DNA of 64,000 nt, from positions 13,675-77,674 of the forward strand of contig JAUVHU010000001.1 of assembly GCA_030593145.1 (NCBI GenBank), in the 5' to 3' direction. Positions 34,022 to 44,466 of this stretch are shown piece by piece. How positions within the stretch are numbered: the stretch's first letter is position 1; every line of letters begins with the position of its first letter. This DNA comes from Desulfobacteraceae bacterium (GTDB taxonomy: Bacteria > Desulfobacterota > Desulfobacteria > Desulfobacterales > ETH-SRB1). The notes beneath the pieces were generated by a model. That model saw nothing but the letters and a program-made list of their open reading frames with translations, was not told the origin of the DNA and ran no database searches. The translations under genes and the position numbers were made by a program.

Positions 34022-34059
34022 AATAATTTTACAAGAAGTTTATAAGACAGTAATTTGTT

Positions 34060-34149
34060 ATGAAAAAAATATTAGCCATTAACTATATTGTTAGTCTAAT
34101 TATAGTCCTCGTCGTAGGGATACTATCCTGCCGCGAGGAAATGGGTTAA
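34060..34149 (+). CDS. ilv operon leader peptide (attenuator; not in ORF track)
   Basis: MKKILAINYIVSLIIVLVVGILSCREEMG; 14 of 29 residues are Ile/Leu/Val. Confidence 0.8.
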   Translation: MKKILAINYIVSLIIVLVVGILSCREEMG

Positions 34150-34174
34150 TAATGGCTTAATTTTATAATTTTTT

Positions 34175-34218
34175 AAAAATCCGTTATCAGCCTCAAAACT
34201 GATAACGGATTTTTTTTT
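34175..34218 (+). terminator. Attenuator terminator upstream of ilvD
   Basis: AAAAATCCGTTATCAG-cctcaaaa-CTGATAACGGAT followed by a T-run. Confidence 0.88.
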
Positions 34219-34234
34219 GGGAGGAAAGGGTTTA

Positions 34235-35905
34235 ATGAAAAGCGATATTATTAAAAAAGGTATTGAAAGAGCGCCGCATCGCAGTCTTTTGAAAGCAATC
34301 GGTTATACAGATATTGAAATACAAAAACCGTTTGTTGGAATTGTTAATTCAGCTAATGCTATTATCCCCGGCCATATTCATCTCGATAAAATTGTTGAAG
34401 CAGTTAAAGCCGGTGTTTATATGGCAGGCGGCACTCCTGTCGAATTTGGTACCATTGGTGTTTGTGACGGCATCGCCATGAATCATACAGGAATGAAATA
34501 TTCTCTTGCAAGCCGTGAGCTTATTGCCGACTCAATTGAAGTTATGGCAATAGCACATGCGTTTGATGCTTTGGTTATGGTTACAAATTGCGACAAGATT
34601 GTGCCTGGAATGCTTATGGCTGCCGCGCGTCTGGATCTTCCCACTATTATAATAAGTGGAGGGCCTATGCTGGCCGGCGATAATCCCGATAAAACAAAGG
34701 ACGGGAAAATCGATCTTGTTACTGTTTTTGAATCTGTCGGCGCTGTGCTTTCAGGCAGAATGACGGAAAGGGACTTGACCGCTATTGAAAATGCCGCCTG
34801 CCCAACCTGCGGGTCATGTGCCGGCATGTTTACCGCAAACTCCATGAACTGTTTGACCGAAGCCATAGGTATGGGATTGCCGGGCAACGGCACAATTCCT
34901 GCCGTGATGGCCGCGCGTATCCGTTTGGCCAAAGAGGCCGGCATGCAGATAATCAGTCTTTTAAAGCAGCAGATTACACCGAAAAAAATCATGACTGAAA
35001 AGGCATTTAAAAATGCTCTTACAGTTGATATGGCGCTTGGCTGTTCCACCAACACAGTCCTCCATCTTCTGGCAATTGCAAACGAAGCAAAGGTAAATAT
35101 CGACCTTAATCTGATCAACGAAATCAGCAGGGCAACACCTCATCTTTGCTCGCTAAGCCCTGGAGGCAAACACCACATAGAAGATCTGAACCAAGCAGGA
35201 GGCGTAAGCGCTGTAATCAAGGAGCTTTCCCGATTAAATTTAATTCATAACGAGTGCATGACGGTAACCGGTAAAACAACTGGAGACAACGTTACAGATG
35301 TTCAAACGCTGGATAAAGATATTATACGGCCTGTAGATAACCCGTATCATAACTATGGAGGTCTTGCCGTACTTTTCGGCAATCTTGCTCCTAATGGTTG
35401 TGTTGTAAAACAGTCGGCAGTTTGTAATGATATGTTATGTCATGAGGGGCCTGCAAGGGTTTTTGATTCTGAAGAAGATGCCAGCCAGGCTATTATGAAC
35501 GGCAATATAAAAAAAGGCGATGTTATTGTCATACGTTATGAAGGACCTATGGGCGGCCCTGGAATGCGAGAAATGCTGACTCCGACTTCCGCAATTGCCG
35601 GAATGAAACTGGACAGCCATGTAGCGCTGATTACAGACGGACGTTTTTCAGGAGGAACAAAGGGCGCATCCATAGGGCATATTTCGCCGGAAGCCATGCA
35701 GGGAGGACCTATTGCGATTATTGAAGAAGGAGATTTTATAGCAATCGATATTCCCGGCAAAAAGATAACCCTTAAAGTTTCCGAGCAGACAATCAGGGAT
35801 AGGTCTGCCTTATTGTCGGTTCCTGAGCCAAAGATATCTCATGGTTATATGAACAGATATGCTCGAATGGTTTCTTCCGCCGACAAGGGGGCTGTAGTAA
35901 AATAA
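34235..35905 (+). CDS. ilvD: Dihydroxy-acid dehydratase
   Basis: [41 protein letters not shown]; ATG 34235 after GGAGG. Confidence 0.97.
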   Translation: MKSDIIKKGIERAPHRSLLKAIGYTDIEIQKPFVGIVNSANAIIPGHIHLDKIVEAVKAGVYMAGGTPVEFGTIGVCDGIAMNHTGMKYSLASRELIADSIEVMAIAHAFDALVMVTNCDKIVPGMLMAAARLDLPTIIISGGPMLAGDNPDKTKDGKIDLVTVFESVGAVLSGRMTERDLTAIENAACPTCGSCAGMFTANSMNCLTEAIGMGLPGNGTIPAVMAARIRLAKEAGMQIISLLKQQITPKKIMTEKAFKNALTVDMALGCSTNTVLHLLAIANEAKVNIDLNLINEISRATPHLCSLSPGGKHHIEDLNQAGGVSAVIKELSRLNLIHNECMTVTGKTTGDNVTDVQTLDKDIIRPVDNPYHNYGGLAVLFGNLAPNGCVVKQSAVCNDMLCHEGPARVFDSEEDASQAIMNGNIKKGDVIVIRYEGPMGGPGMREMLTPTSAIAGMKLDSHVALITDGRFSGGTKGASIGHISPEAMQGGPIAIIEEGDFIAIDIPGKKITLKVSEQTIRDRSALLSVPEPKISHGYMNRYARMVSSADKGAVVK

Positions 35906-35986
35906 AGTATGCTAAAGAGAGCTAAGTACCTAAAATTATATCACTAATTTTAGCTCATTTATAACCAGCAAAAGAAAGGATTTATT

Positions 35987-37672
35987 ATGAAACTAACAGG
36001 CGCACAGATCCTTATGAAGATGCTCAAGGAAGAAGGTGTTGACACGATTTTTGGATTTCCTGGCGGTGTTGTCATAGATATTTATGATGAACTGACTAAA
36101 ACAGACATAAAGCATATACTTGTCCGTCATGAGCAGGGAGCGGTTCATGCAGCGGATGGTTATGCAAGGGCCAGCGGCAAGGTCGGGGTATGCCTGGTAA
36201 CATCCGGCCCCGGAGCTACGAATACAGTGACCGGAATTGCGTGTGCTTATATGGATTCCATTCCTATGGTTATATTTACAGGTCAGGTTCCGACTCAGCT
36301 TATCGGTAACGATGCCTTTCAGGAGGTGGATATTGTCGGAATAACAAGGCCGTGCACCAAGCATAACTACCTTGTTAAACGCACTGAGGATCTTGCAAGA
36401 GTTGTTAAAGAGGCATTTGTTATAGCTGCTTCCGGCCGTCCCGGGCCTGTTTTGATTGATATTCCAAAAGATGTATCAAGCACAAAAATAACTTACAAAG
36501 AGCCAAAAAAAATTGAGCTGAAGTCATACAACCCTACCTACAGCCCAAACATGAAACAGTTGCACAAAGCAGTAAAACTTATAAAAAATGCCAAAAAGCC
36601 GATTGTTTTTGCAGGTGGCGGGGTTGTTCTTTCAAAGGGTTCAAAAGAGCTTACTGAATTGGCGCATAAAACGCAAACTCCTGTGACATGCTCTTTAATG
36701 GGGCTTGGGGTGTTCCCGGGCACTGATCGTTTGTGGCTTGGCATGGTCGGCATGCATGGCACATACAGGGCAAACATGTGTACAGGGGACTGCGATCTTA
36801 TTGTTGCTGTCGGGGTCCGCTTTGACGATCGTGTTACCGGAAAAATAGATACGTTTGCTCCAAACGCAAAAATTGTGCATATTGATATTGACCCGACATC
36901 AATACGCAAGAATATTCCTGTTACCGTTCCAATTGTAGGTGATTGCAAAATTACCCTCAGTCTTCTTAATAAGCTTTTAGATAAGGAGGACCTGGGCAAC
37001 CTCAAGACAAAAAGAAAGAAATGGCTTGATCAGGTAGAGAAGTGGAAACGCACGACACCCCTTGCATATAAACAAAAAAACATTATCAAGCCACAATATG
37101 TTGTTGAAAAACTTTATGAACTGACAAAAGGTAAAGCCATTATAACAACCGAGGTGGGACAAAATCAGATGTGGGCCGCCCAGTATTATCATTTTAAAAA
37201 ACCGAATCATTTTATTACTTCCGGTGGCTTGGGCGTAATGGGTTTTGGACTTCCTGCGGCAATCGGAGCTCAATTAGCCTGTCCGGGCAAGCTTGTAGTG
37301 GATATTGCCGGAGACGGCAGTATTCAGATGAACATACAGGAAATGGCAACTGCCGTGCAATACGGGCTTCCGGTAAAGATTGTTATCCTGAACAACCAGT
37401 ATCTTGGCATGGTCAGACAGTGGCAGGAACTGTTTTACGACAAACGTTATTCCGGCACAAACATGGAGCATGCCCCTGACTTTGTAAAACTGGCAGAGGC
37501 ATACGGGGCTGTTGGTTTAAGGGCTACAAAGCCCGAAGAGGTTGAATCGGTACTGAAAAAAGGCCTTTCTTCACCTAAAACAGTAATTATGGAATTTGTG
37601 GTTGAGAGGGAAGAATGTGTTTATCCAATGGTGCCCGCAGGAGCGGCTATAACGGAAATGCTTCTGGCTTAG
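35987..37672 (+). CDS. ilvB: Acetolactate synthase large subunit
   Basis: RHEQGA, TSGPGATN, GMHG, RFDDRVTG, GDGS, GMVRQWQ. Confidence 0.96.
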   Translation: MKLTGAQILMKMLKEEGVDTIFGFPGGVVIDIYDELTKTDIKHILVRHEQGAVHAADGYARASGKVGVCLVTSGPGATNTVTGIACAYMDSIPMVIFTGQVPTQLIGNDAFQEVDIVGITRPCTKHNYLVKRTEDLARVVKEAFVIAASGRPGPVLIDIPKDVSSTKITYKEPKKIELKSYNPTYSPNMKQLHKAVKLIKNAKKPIVFAGGGVVLSKGSKELTELAHKTQTPVTCSLMGLGVFPGTDRLWLGMVGMHGTYRANMCTGDCDLIVAVGVRFDDRVTGKIDTFAPNAKIVHIDIDPTSIRKNIPVTVPIVGDCKITLSLLNKLLDKEDLGNLKTKRKKWLDQVEKWKRTTPLAYKQKNIIKPQYVVEKLYELTKGKAIITTEVGQNQMWAAQYYHFKKPNHFITSGGLGVMGFGLPAAIGAQLACPGKLVVDIAGDGSIQMNIQEMATAVQYGLPVKIVILNNQYLGMVRQWQELFYDKRYSGTNMEHAPDFVKLAEAYGAVGLRATKPEEVESVLKKGLSSPKTVIMEFVVEREECVYPMVPAGAAITEMLLA

Positions 37673-37721
37673 AGCTTGTTGACAACCAATCAATCATCAA
37701 TTTTTTGTGAGGATATAAATC

Positions 37722-38231
37722 ATGAATGAACAAAAACATATACTTTCGATTTTAGTTGAAAATAAACCGGGTGTGCTGTCCAGGATTGTAGGATTATTTA
37801 GCGGCAGAGGCTATAATATTGAAAGTCTTTGTGTTGCTGAAACTATGGATCCTCTGGTGTCCAGGATTACCCTGGTTACCATGGCGGATACACCTGTTGT
37901 CGAGCAAATCGTGAAGCAGCTTCACAAGCTTATTAATGTTATAAAAGTATACGAACTCACAGGGTCAAGTTATGTTCAAAGGGAGATGTCTCTTATCAAA
38001 ATACAGGCCAAGCCGGAATACAGGGCTGAAATCCTCAGAATTGTTGATATCTTCAGGTGTAAAGTAGTTGATGTCGGGCAGGAGCATTACACCTTGGAGG
38101 TTACCGGAGATGAAGGCAAAATGACAGCCATTTTGAATCTTCTAAAGCCGATAGGAATTAAGGAAATTGCAAAAACCGGTATTATCGCCCTTTTTCGGGA
38201 ATCAAACGGGGGGTTAAAGGATAAGGATTAA
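37722..38231 (+). CDS. ilvN: Acetolactate synthase small subunit
   Basis: VENKPGVLSRI..LFSGRGYNIESL ACT domain. Confidence 0.95.
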   Translation: MNEQKHILSILVENKPGVLSRIVGLFSGRGYNIESLCVAETMDPLVSRITLVTMADTPVVEQIVKQLHKLINVIKVYELTGSSYVQREMSLIKIQAKPEYRAEILRIVDIFRCKVVDVGQEHYTLEVTGDEGKMTAILNLLKPIGIKEIAKTGIIALFRESNGGLKDKD

Positions 38232-38423
38232 GGGTGTGGAAATCGGTTGTTTTAAACACAAAGATCACAGAGGCTACAGAAAAACAAAAAGATAAAAAAA
38301 CAGGTAGCCGTTCACGGCTTGAAATTGGAAAGTAATTAATCTCTAAACCATGAACGATTACGAGTTTTTTTGCATAAGGCTAAATTGTCACAAAAAATAT
38401 AATTATAAATTAAGGAGAATAAA

Positions 38424-39476
38424 ATGGCAAAGATCGATTTTGGCGGTGTTGTAGAAGAAGTAATTACATCTGAAGAATTTTCTCTGGATAAAGCCAGGGA
38501 AGTGCTTAAAGATGAAACAATTGTAGTTCTTGGTTACGGGGTTCAAGGACCGGCTCAGGCTTTAAATCTTAAAGACAATGGCTTTTCTGTAATCATAGGA
38601 CAACTTGAAGGGGATGAATACTGGAACAAGGCGATTTCAGACGGTTTTGTCCCAGGTAAAACTCTCTTTCCGCTTGAGGAAGCAGCGCGGAAAGGAACAA
38701 TTGTTAAGGAACTCCTGTCAGATGCCGGTCAGGCGGCAACATGGCCCCAGGTAAAAGAATGTCTTAACGAGGGGGATGCCCTTTATTTTTCGCATGGTTT
38801 TTCAATTGTTTATAAAGAGCAGACCGGTATTATACCCCCGGAAAATGTTGATGTCATTTTAGTAGCGCCAAAAGGATCCGGAACTAATGTGCGGAGAAAC
38901 TTTCTGGACGGGAGCGGTATCAATTCCAGCTTTGCGGTGCATCAGGATTTTACCGGCAGAGCAATGGAAAGAACTCTTGCACTCGGTATTGCTATAGGGT
39001 CAGGATATCTTTTTCCCACAACCTTTGAAAAAGAAGTTTACAGCGATCTTACCGGAGAACGCGGAGTTTTGATGGGATGTCTTGCCGGTACCATGGAGGC
39101 ACAGTACAGTGTTCTTAGAAAAAACGGTCACAGCCCGAGTGAAGCTTTTAATGAAACCGTGGAAGAACTGACCCAGAGTCTCATCCGTCTTGTAGGAGAA
39201 AACGGCATGGACTGGATGTTTGCAAACTGCAGCACTACAGCCCAGAGAGGCGCTTTGGACTGGGCTCCAAAGTTCAGAGATGCCGTGGCACCGGTCTTTG
39301 ACGATTTGTATGATCGTGTTAAAACAGGCAAAGAGACAAAAAGGGTTCTTGAAGCTAACAGTGCGTCTGATTGCATGGTAAAACTGAGAAAAGAGCTGGA
39401 TGTGATCAAGAATTCTGAAATGTGGCAAGCCGGCGCGGCTGTTCGCTCTCTAAGACCCGAAAAGCGCAAAAAATAA
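38424..39476 (+). CDS. ilvC: Ketol-acid reductoisomerase
   Basis: LGYGVQG, FSHGF, VAPKGSG, SDLTGERG, AFNETVEE, CSTTAQRG. Confidence 0.95.
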   Translation: MAKIDFGGVVEEVITSEEFSLDKAREVLKDETIVVLGYGVQGPAQALNLKDNGFSVIIGQLEGDEYWNKAISDGFVPGKTLFPLEEAARKGTIVKELLSDAGQAATWPQVKECLNEGDALYFSHGFSIVYKEQTGIIPPENVDVILVAPKGSGTNVRRNFLDGSGINSSFAVHQDFTGRAMERTLALGIAIGSGYLFPTTFEKEVYSDLTGERGVLMGCLAGTMEAQYSVLRKNGHSPSEAFNETVEELTQSLIRLVGENGMDWMFANCSTTAQRGALDWAPKFRDAVAPVFDDLYDRVKTGKETKRVLEANSASDCMVKLRKELDVIKNSEMWQAGAAVRSLRPEKRKK

Positions 39477-39581
39477 GAAAACTATTACTCTGTTACTTGT
39501 TTCACTTATTCCGAGGCTTTACTACGGAATGTATTGGTGAGGCAAAGTTTCAGAGAAAACCAGCAACGAGAGAACCAAATT

Positions 39582-41219
39582 ATGGAACCAATACTTCTAT
39601 ATGATACTACCTTAAGAGACGGAGCTCAGGGAGAAGACATCAATTTCAGCGCTGAAGAAATGATAAAGATCGCAGAAAAGCTTGATGACCTTGGAATACA
39701 TTACATAGAGGGTGGCTGGCCAGGTTCCAATCCCAGGGACGAGCGTTTTTTTGAGATGGCGAAAAACATTAAATTTCAAAATGCCCGTCTTACTGCATTC
39801 GGCTCAACCCGCAAGCCCGGGATTAAGCCAGGTGATGATCCTAACTTAAATGCGCTTCTTAAGAGCGGCGCTCCTGCTGTCACAATTTTTGGAAAGACCT
39901 GGGATCTCCATGTCAAGCAGGTTATGAAAAACACCTTGAAAGAGAACCTCGCTATGATACGTGATTCTGTCGAGTACCTGAAGAAGAATGATCGTGAGGT
40001 TATCTACGATGCCGAGCATTTTTTTGACGGGTATAAGAAAAACCCGGATTATGCGTTGCAAACCCTGATGGCTGCTGTAGACGGCGGCGCAGACATGATT
40101 GTTCTTTGCGACACAAATGGCGGTACCCTGCCATTTGAAATAGAATCCATCATAAATAATGTACAAAAAGGCATGGCTGAAAAACAGAGCACAAAAACAG
40201 ATGACCCGCCGCTTAAAATCGGAATTCATACACACAACGACTGCGGCATGGCTGTGGCCAATTCCATAGCAGCGATACATGCAGGCGCTGTCATGGTTCA
40301 GGGGACTATAAATGGATATGGAGAAAGATGCGGTAATGCGGACCTTACCTCAATTATACCGATTCTTTGTATAAAAATGGATTGTCCGTGTATTTCAAGC
40401 AAGAACCTTGCAAAACTAAAAAAGCTCTCCAGGTTTGTCAGCGAGACTGCAAATATGATTCCATTAAACGCCAGGCCTTTTGTGGGCAAAAGCGCTTTTG
40501 CCCACAAGGGCGGTATTCATGTAAGCGCTATTATGAAAGTGCCGGGGGCATACGAACACATGGAGCCTGAGTATGTGGGCAACAAGCGCCGTGTTTTGAT
40601 ATCTGATCTTTCCGGTAAGAGCAACGTGGAATACAAAGCCAAAGAACTGGGGATTGAGCTTAAGGGAAAGGAGTTTGACAGCCGCAAGATCGTTTCAGAA
40701 ATAAAGCGTTTGGAAGAGCAGGGTTATCAGTTTGAAGCGGCTGACGGCTCATTCAAAATACTTATGGAAAAATTTACAAAACAGTTCAAGCCCCTATTTG
40801 AACTGAAATCTTTTAGAGTTCACATTGAAAAGGATAAAGATTATCCGTGTTCGTCTCATGCTACAATCAAGATTTCCGTCGGCGATAAGGAAGAAATTAC
40901 TGCTGCCGAAGGACATGGGCCGGTAGGCGCTTTGGACAATGCCCTGCGCAAGGCCCTGGAGAAATTTTATGTAACCGACCTGGATTCCATGCATCTTGTT
41001 GATTTCAAGGTGCGGGTAATAGATGGCGGAAAAGGAACCGCGGCAAAGGTAAGGGTTTTAATAGAGTCAAGAGACGAAGATGATATCTGGAGTACAATCG
41101 GCGCTTCAGAAGATATTATAGAAGCAAGCTGGCAAGCACTGGCAGACAGCTTTCAGTATAAGCTGGCCAAGGAACGGGGAAAATCATTAAATCAGCCACA
41201 AAGGCACAAAAAAAGATGA
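39582..41219 (+). CDS. cimA: Citramalate synthase
   Basis: YDTTLRDGAQ, IEGGWPGSNP, YDAEHFFDG, FAHKGGIH, DFKVRV. Confidence 0.92.
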   Translation: MEPILLYDTTLRDGAQGEDINFSAEEMIKIAEKLDDLGIHYIEGGWPGSNPRDERFFEMAKNIKFQNARLTAFGSTRKPGIKPGDDPNLNALLKSGAPAVTIFGKTWDLHVKQVMKNTLKENLAMIRDSVEYLKKNDREVIYDAEHFFDGYKKNPDYALQTLMAAVDGGADMIVLCDTNGGTLPFEIESIINNVQKGMAEKQSTKTDDPPLKIGIHTHNDCGMAVANSIAAIHAGAVMVQGTINGYGERCGNADLTSIIPILCIKMDCPCISSKNLAKLKKLSRFVSETANMIPLNARPFVGKSAFAHKGGIHVSAIMKVPGAYEHMEPEYVGNKRRVLISDLSGKSNVEYKAKELGIELKGKEFDSRKIVSEIKRLEEQGYQFEAADGSFKILMEKFTKQFKPLFELKSFRVHIEKDKDYPCSSHATIKISVGDKEEITAAEGHGPVGALDNALRKALEKFYVTDLDSMHLVDFKVRVIDGGKGTAAKVRVLIESRDEDDIWSTIGASEDIIEASWQALADSFQYKLAKERGKSLNQPQRHKKR

Positions 41220-41283
41220 TTGATATCTTGAGGAATTAAAAGTGACAATATTCTTCAAAGCGGAATTTCTAAACCCCCAATTG

Positions 41284-41474
41284 TGATGGACTCGTAAAAA
41301 GTCAATTTTATTCACTTCATGACCATTTTGGGCGCAATTGAAACATTCATCTAAAATGCAAGAACTCGGGCTAATGCCCTCAAACAGCTTGCATTTCTTA
41401 ACGATGAACATCTCAATTGCTTTTCTCCCAAAATGCTCAAAGTCGTTCACAAAAGACTTTTTACAATGCCATCA
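41284..41474. mobile_element. 191-bp MITE-like element with TGATGG..CGTAAAAAGTC ends, long internal hairpin, ATTG target duplication
   Basis: TGATGGACTCGTAAAAAGTC ... GACTTTTTACAATGCCATCA; ATTG at 41280-41283 and 41475-41478. Confidence 0.72.
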
Positions 41475-41561
41475 ATTGTGGATTTTATATTATAATCCCA
41501 GCCTGCTGCAGGCAAGTTGGTGACATTGTGGCTGAAGTGTTATGGATCGTGGAGCAACATT

Positions 41562-43100
41562 ATGAATGAAAAAGTAATTGTATTTGATACTACTTTAAGA
41601 GATGGCGAACAGTCTCCGGGAGCAAGCATGAATGCCGCTGAAAAGCTGCGGATTGCCATGCAGCTGGAAAAACTCGGTGTAGATGTGTTGGAAGCAGGGT
41701 TTCCTGCTGCGTCTGAAGGAGATTTTGAAGCTGTTGCCGGTATAGCGGGCAAGTTGAAAAAGACAGAGGTTGCTGCGCTTGCGCGAACTGCAAAAAAGGA
41801 TATTGAGCGCGCCTGGGGCGCTATCAGCAATGCCGCCAAACCGCGAATTCATACTTTTATTGCCACATCAGATATCCACATGGATTACAAGCTGAAAATG
41901 ACAAGGGATGAGGTTGTAAAAAAGGCGGTTGAAGCGGTAAAATATGCCAAATCATTTACCGACAGCATAGAATTTTCCGCCGAGGATGCATCAAGGAGTG
42001 ATCGTGATTTTCTGTGCAGGGTTTTTGAGGCCGTAATAGGGGCCGGCGCTACAACTATTAATATTCCTGACACTGTAGGCTATGCTATTCCACAGGAATT
42101 TGGAGATCTTATTAAATATGTCATGGCGCATACGCCCAATATTCATCAAGCAGTTGTGAGCGTACACTGCCATAACGACCTTGGTCTTGCTACGGCCAAT
42201 ACTCTTGCGGCAATAAGCGCCGGAGCAAGACAGGCTGAAGTTACAATAAACGGAATTGGAGAAAGGGCGGGAAATACATCTCTTGAAGAGATGGTAATGA
42301 CTCTGCATACAAGACCCAATTATATTCCGTTATCAACCAACATTAACACCAAACAGATTTATCCGACAAGCCGGCTTGTAAGTATGATAACAGGAATTAT
42401 TGTGCAGCCGAACAAGGCTGTAGTCGGCGCCAATGCGTTTGCTCATGAAGCAGGTATTCATCAGGATGGCATGTTAAAAAACCCCATGACGTATGAGATT
42501 ATGAAACCTGATACCATAGGTCTCAGCGCCAGCAAGCTTGTGTTGGGCAAACATTCAGGAAGGCACGCCCTGCGGTCACATTTAAAGGATTTGGGATACG
42601 ATCTTTCAGACGAAGAATTAAACATTATTTTTAAAAAATTCAAGGAGCTTGCGGATAAGAAAAAAGATATTGTGGATGAGGACCTTGAGGTTCTTGTTAC
42701 AGAAGGTATATTACGGACTGCCGACATTTTTTCTCTGGAGTATTTGCATGTGATAAGCGGGACAACGGTTTTTCCCATGGCGAGTGTTAAGCTTACGATA
42801 AATGGCCGGTCTGTGCAGGACGCTGGTTATGGAAACGGCCCGATTGATGCGGCTTTTAATACAATAGCAAAACTCACAGGAACGAGGTCGGAACTCTTAA
42901 GGTTTTCAGTAAGCGCCTTGACTGGTGGCACAGACGCACAGGGCGAGGTAACTGTGCGTTTAAACGAAGACGGACTTATCGCCCTTGGCAGAGGAGCTGA
43001 CCCTGATATCATCACAGCCAGTGCAAAGGCTTATATTAACGGACTGAACAGGCTGGAATACTTAAAAGCTCATCCGGTGATTTTGCCGGAAGCGTTGTAG
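41562..43100 (+). CDS. leuA: 2-isopropylmalate synthase
   Basis: [50 protein letters not shown]. Confidence 0.97.
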   Translation: MNEKVIVFDTTLRDGEQSPGASMNAAEKLRIAMQLEKLGVDVLEAGFPAASEGDFEAVAGIAGKLKKTEVAALARTAKKDIERAWGAISNAAKPRIHTFIATSDIHMDYKLKMTRDEVVKKAVEAVKYAKSFTDSIEFSAEDASRSDRDFLCRVFEAVIGAGATTINIPDTVGYAIPQEFGDLIKYVMAHTPNIHQAVVSVHCHNDLGLATANTLAAISAGARQAEVTINGIGERAGNTSLEEMVMTLHTRPNYIPLSTNINTKQIYPTSRLVSMITGIIVQPNKAVVGANAFAHEAGIHQDGMLKNPMTYEIMKPDTIGLSASKLVLGKHSGRHALRSHLKDLGYDLSDEELNIIFKKFKELADKKKDIVDEDLEVLVTEGILRTADIFSLEYLHVISGTTVFPMASVKLTINGRSVQDAGYGNGPIDAAFNTIAKLTGTRSELLRFSVSALTGGTDAQGEVTVRLNEDGLIALGRGADPDIITASAKAYINGLNRLEYLKAHPVILPEAL

Positions 43101-43113
43101 TTTCGCTATGTTC

Positions 43114-43184
43114 ACCACGAAGAACACGAAGAAATTATAAAAACATTAATTCTAATCTTCGTGTCCCTTCATGTTCTTTGTGGT
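43114..43184. repeat. Nonamer-periodic inverted repeat between convergent leuA and pyrD
   Basis: ACCACGAAGAACACGAAG ... CTTCATGTTCTTTGTGGT (16/18 complementary). Confidence 0.7.
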
Positions 43185-43209
43185 TTAATTGTTTTTTATA
43201 GTAATGCCA

Positions 43210-44130
43210 TCAGACTTGCAATGTTCCGATAATATCTGTTAGCCGCGGGATATTTCTTTTTATAAGAAAGGCTTCGATTCCTTCAATAATGTCAATTGTA
43301 GCACGGGGATTTATAAAATTAGCCGTGCCGATCTGAACCGCGACAGCTCCTGCTATTAAAAATTCCAAAGCATCTTCCGGTGTCATTATGCCTCCGACTC
43401 CGACAACCGGAATTTTAACCTGTTGTGCAACCTGCCAGACCATACGCAGGGCTATCGGTTTAATTGCCGGGCCGGAGAGCCCTCCTGTTATATTTGCAAG
43501 CTTTGGCCGCCGGGTTTCAATGTCTATAGCCATGCCGGTTATCGTATTGATTAAAGATATGGAATCAGCGCCTGCATCCTCCACACTACGGGCAATAAGT
43601 GTAATGTCGGTCACGTTGGGAGTAAGTTTCACCATAAGTGGTTTGCCGGTGTTGTCTCTTACAGCTTTTACCACTTTGCAGGCTGCCTCTGGATCGGTTC
43701 CAAATGCGACCCCTCCTGCCTTTACATTGGGGCATGAAATATTGACTTCGATGCCCGCTATTTCTTCGATATCATTAATGCGTGATGCCAGTTCCCCATA
43801 TTCACGGACATCTTTTCCGTAAATGTTTATAAAGACAGGCGTTGAGAGCTGTTTGAGGAACAGGAGCTTTTCTTCAACAAATGATGCAAGACCGACATTT
43901 TCAAGGCCAATGGCATTGAGCATGCCGCATGGAGTTTCAACTATTCTTGGAGGCGGGTTGCCCATGGATGGCTTAAGCGATAAGCCCTTGACAATAATAG
44001 CCCCCAGCAGGTTCAAATCAACAAAATCATCAAATTCACCGGCATACCCAAATGTACCGGATGCCGTCATCACCGGATTTTTTAGTTCTATCCCCCCAAT
44101 ATTTACTGATAGATCGGCTCTGTTTTTCAT
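43210..44130 (-). CDS. pyrD: Dihydroorotate dehydrogenase, family 1B-like catalytic subunit
   Basis: ASGTFG, NAIGLEN, NISCPNV, VKLTPNV, GGLSGPAIKP. Confidence 0.95.
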   Translation of the reverse strand: MKNRADLSVNIGGIELKNPVMTASGTFGYAGEFDDFVDLNLLGAIIVKGLSLKPSMGNPPPRIVETPCGMLNAIGLENVGLASFVEEKLLFLKQLSTPVFINIYGKDVREYGELASRINDIEEIAGIEVNISCPNVKAGGVAFGTDPEAACKVVKAVRDNTGKPLMVKLTPNVTDITLIARSVEDAGADSISLINTITGMAIDIETRRPKLANITGGLSGPAIKPIALRMVWQVAQQVKIPVVGVGGIMTPEDALEFLIAGAVAVQIGTANFINPRATIDIIEGIEAFLIKRNIPRLTDIIGTLQV

Positions 44131-44214
44131 AATACCCGATTTGGCGGCTTTAGTGCTATAGTTCACTTTTCATTTTCTTCAGCTACTGTAAGCGGTCAGC
44201 TGCATTTGCATTGT

Positions 44215-44298
44215 GTACGCCTGGCATGGGCGTGAACTTGTCTGCCTGTGTGTGTTCGCTCGCAGGCAGGTGGGGTGAAAGTTCCCTATATGGAAACC
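44215..44298 (+). mobile_element. Probable 5'-end remnant of a bacterial group II (IIC-like) intron interrupted by a 28-bp palindrome
   Basis: GTACGCCTGGCATGGGCGT...GGGGTGAAAGTTCCCT resembles the GTGCGCCCGGCATGG...GGGTGAAAGTCCC domain I start; no RT ORF. Confidence 0.55.
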
Positions 44299-44466
44299 AT
44301 ATTTTATAAATATTAGCAAAAATATTAGCCGAAGGCAAGGGCGTTTCCGTGATGAAGTATTTGTTAAAAAGGGGATATATAACGTTTGCCTTGTCATTTT
44401 ACCCGTGGTATAATTTTTTGTTTTAGGTATGAATATTTTAACGTATTAGAAAGATTGAGAAAAAAC

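Noticed and set aside
39477-39581. Leu codon run (CTA TTA CTC) upstream of cimA as a leu attenuator
   Set aside because: No dedicated start codon or SD and no downstream terminator with a U-tract
41187-41523. Small ORFs between cimA and leuA
   Set aside because: Translations of the MITE (for example DFLRVHH comes from its TIR)
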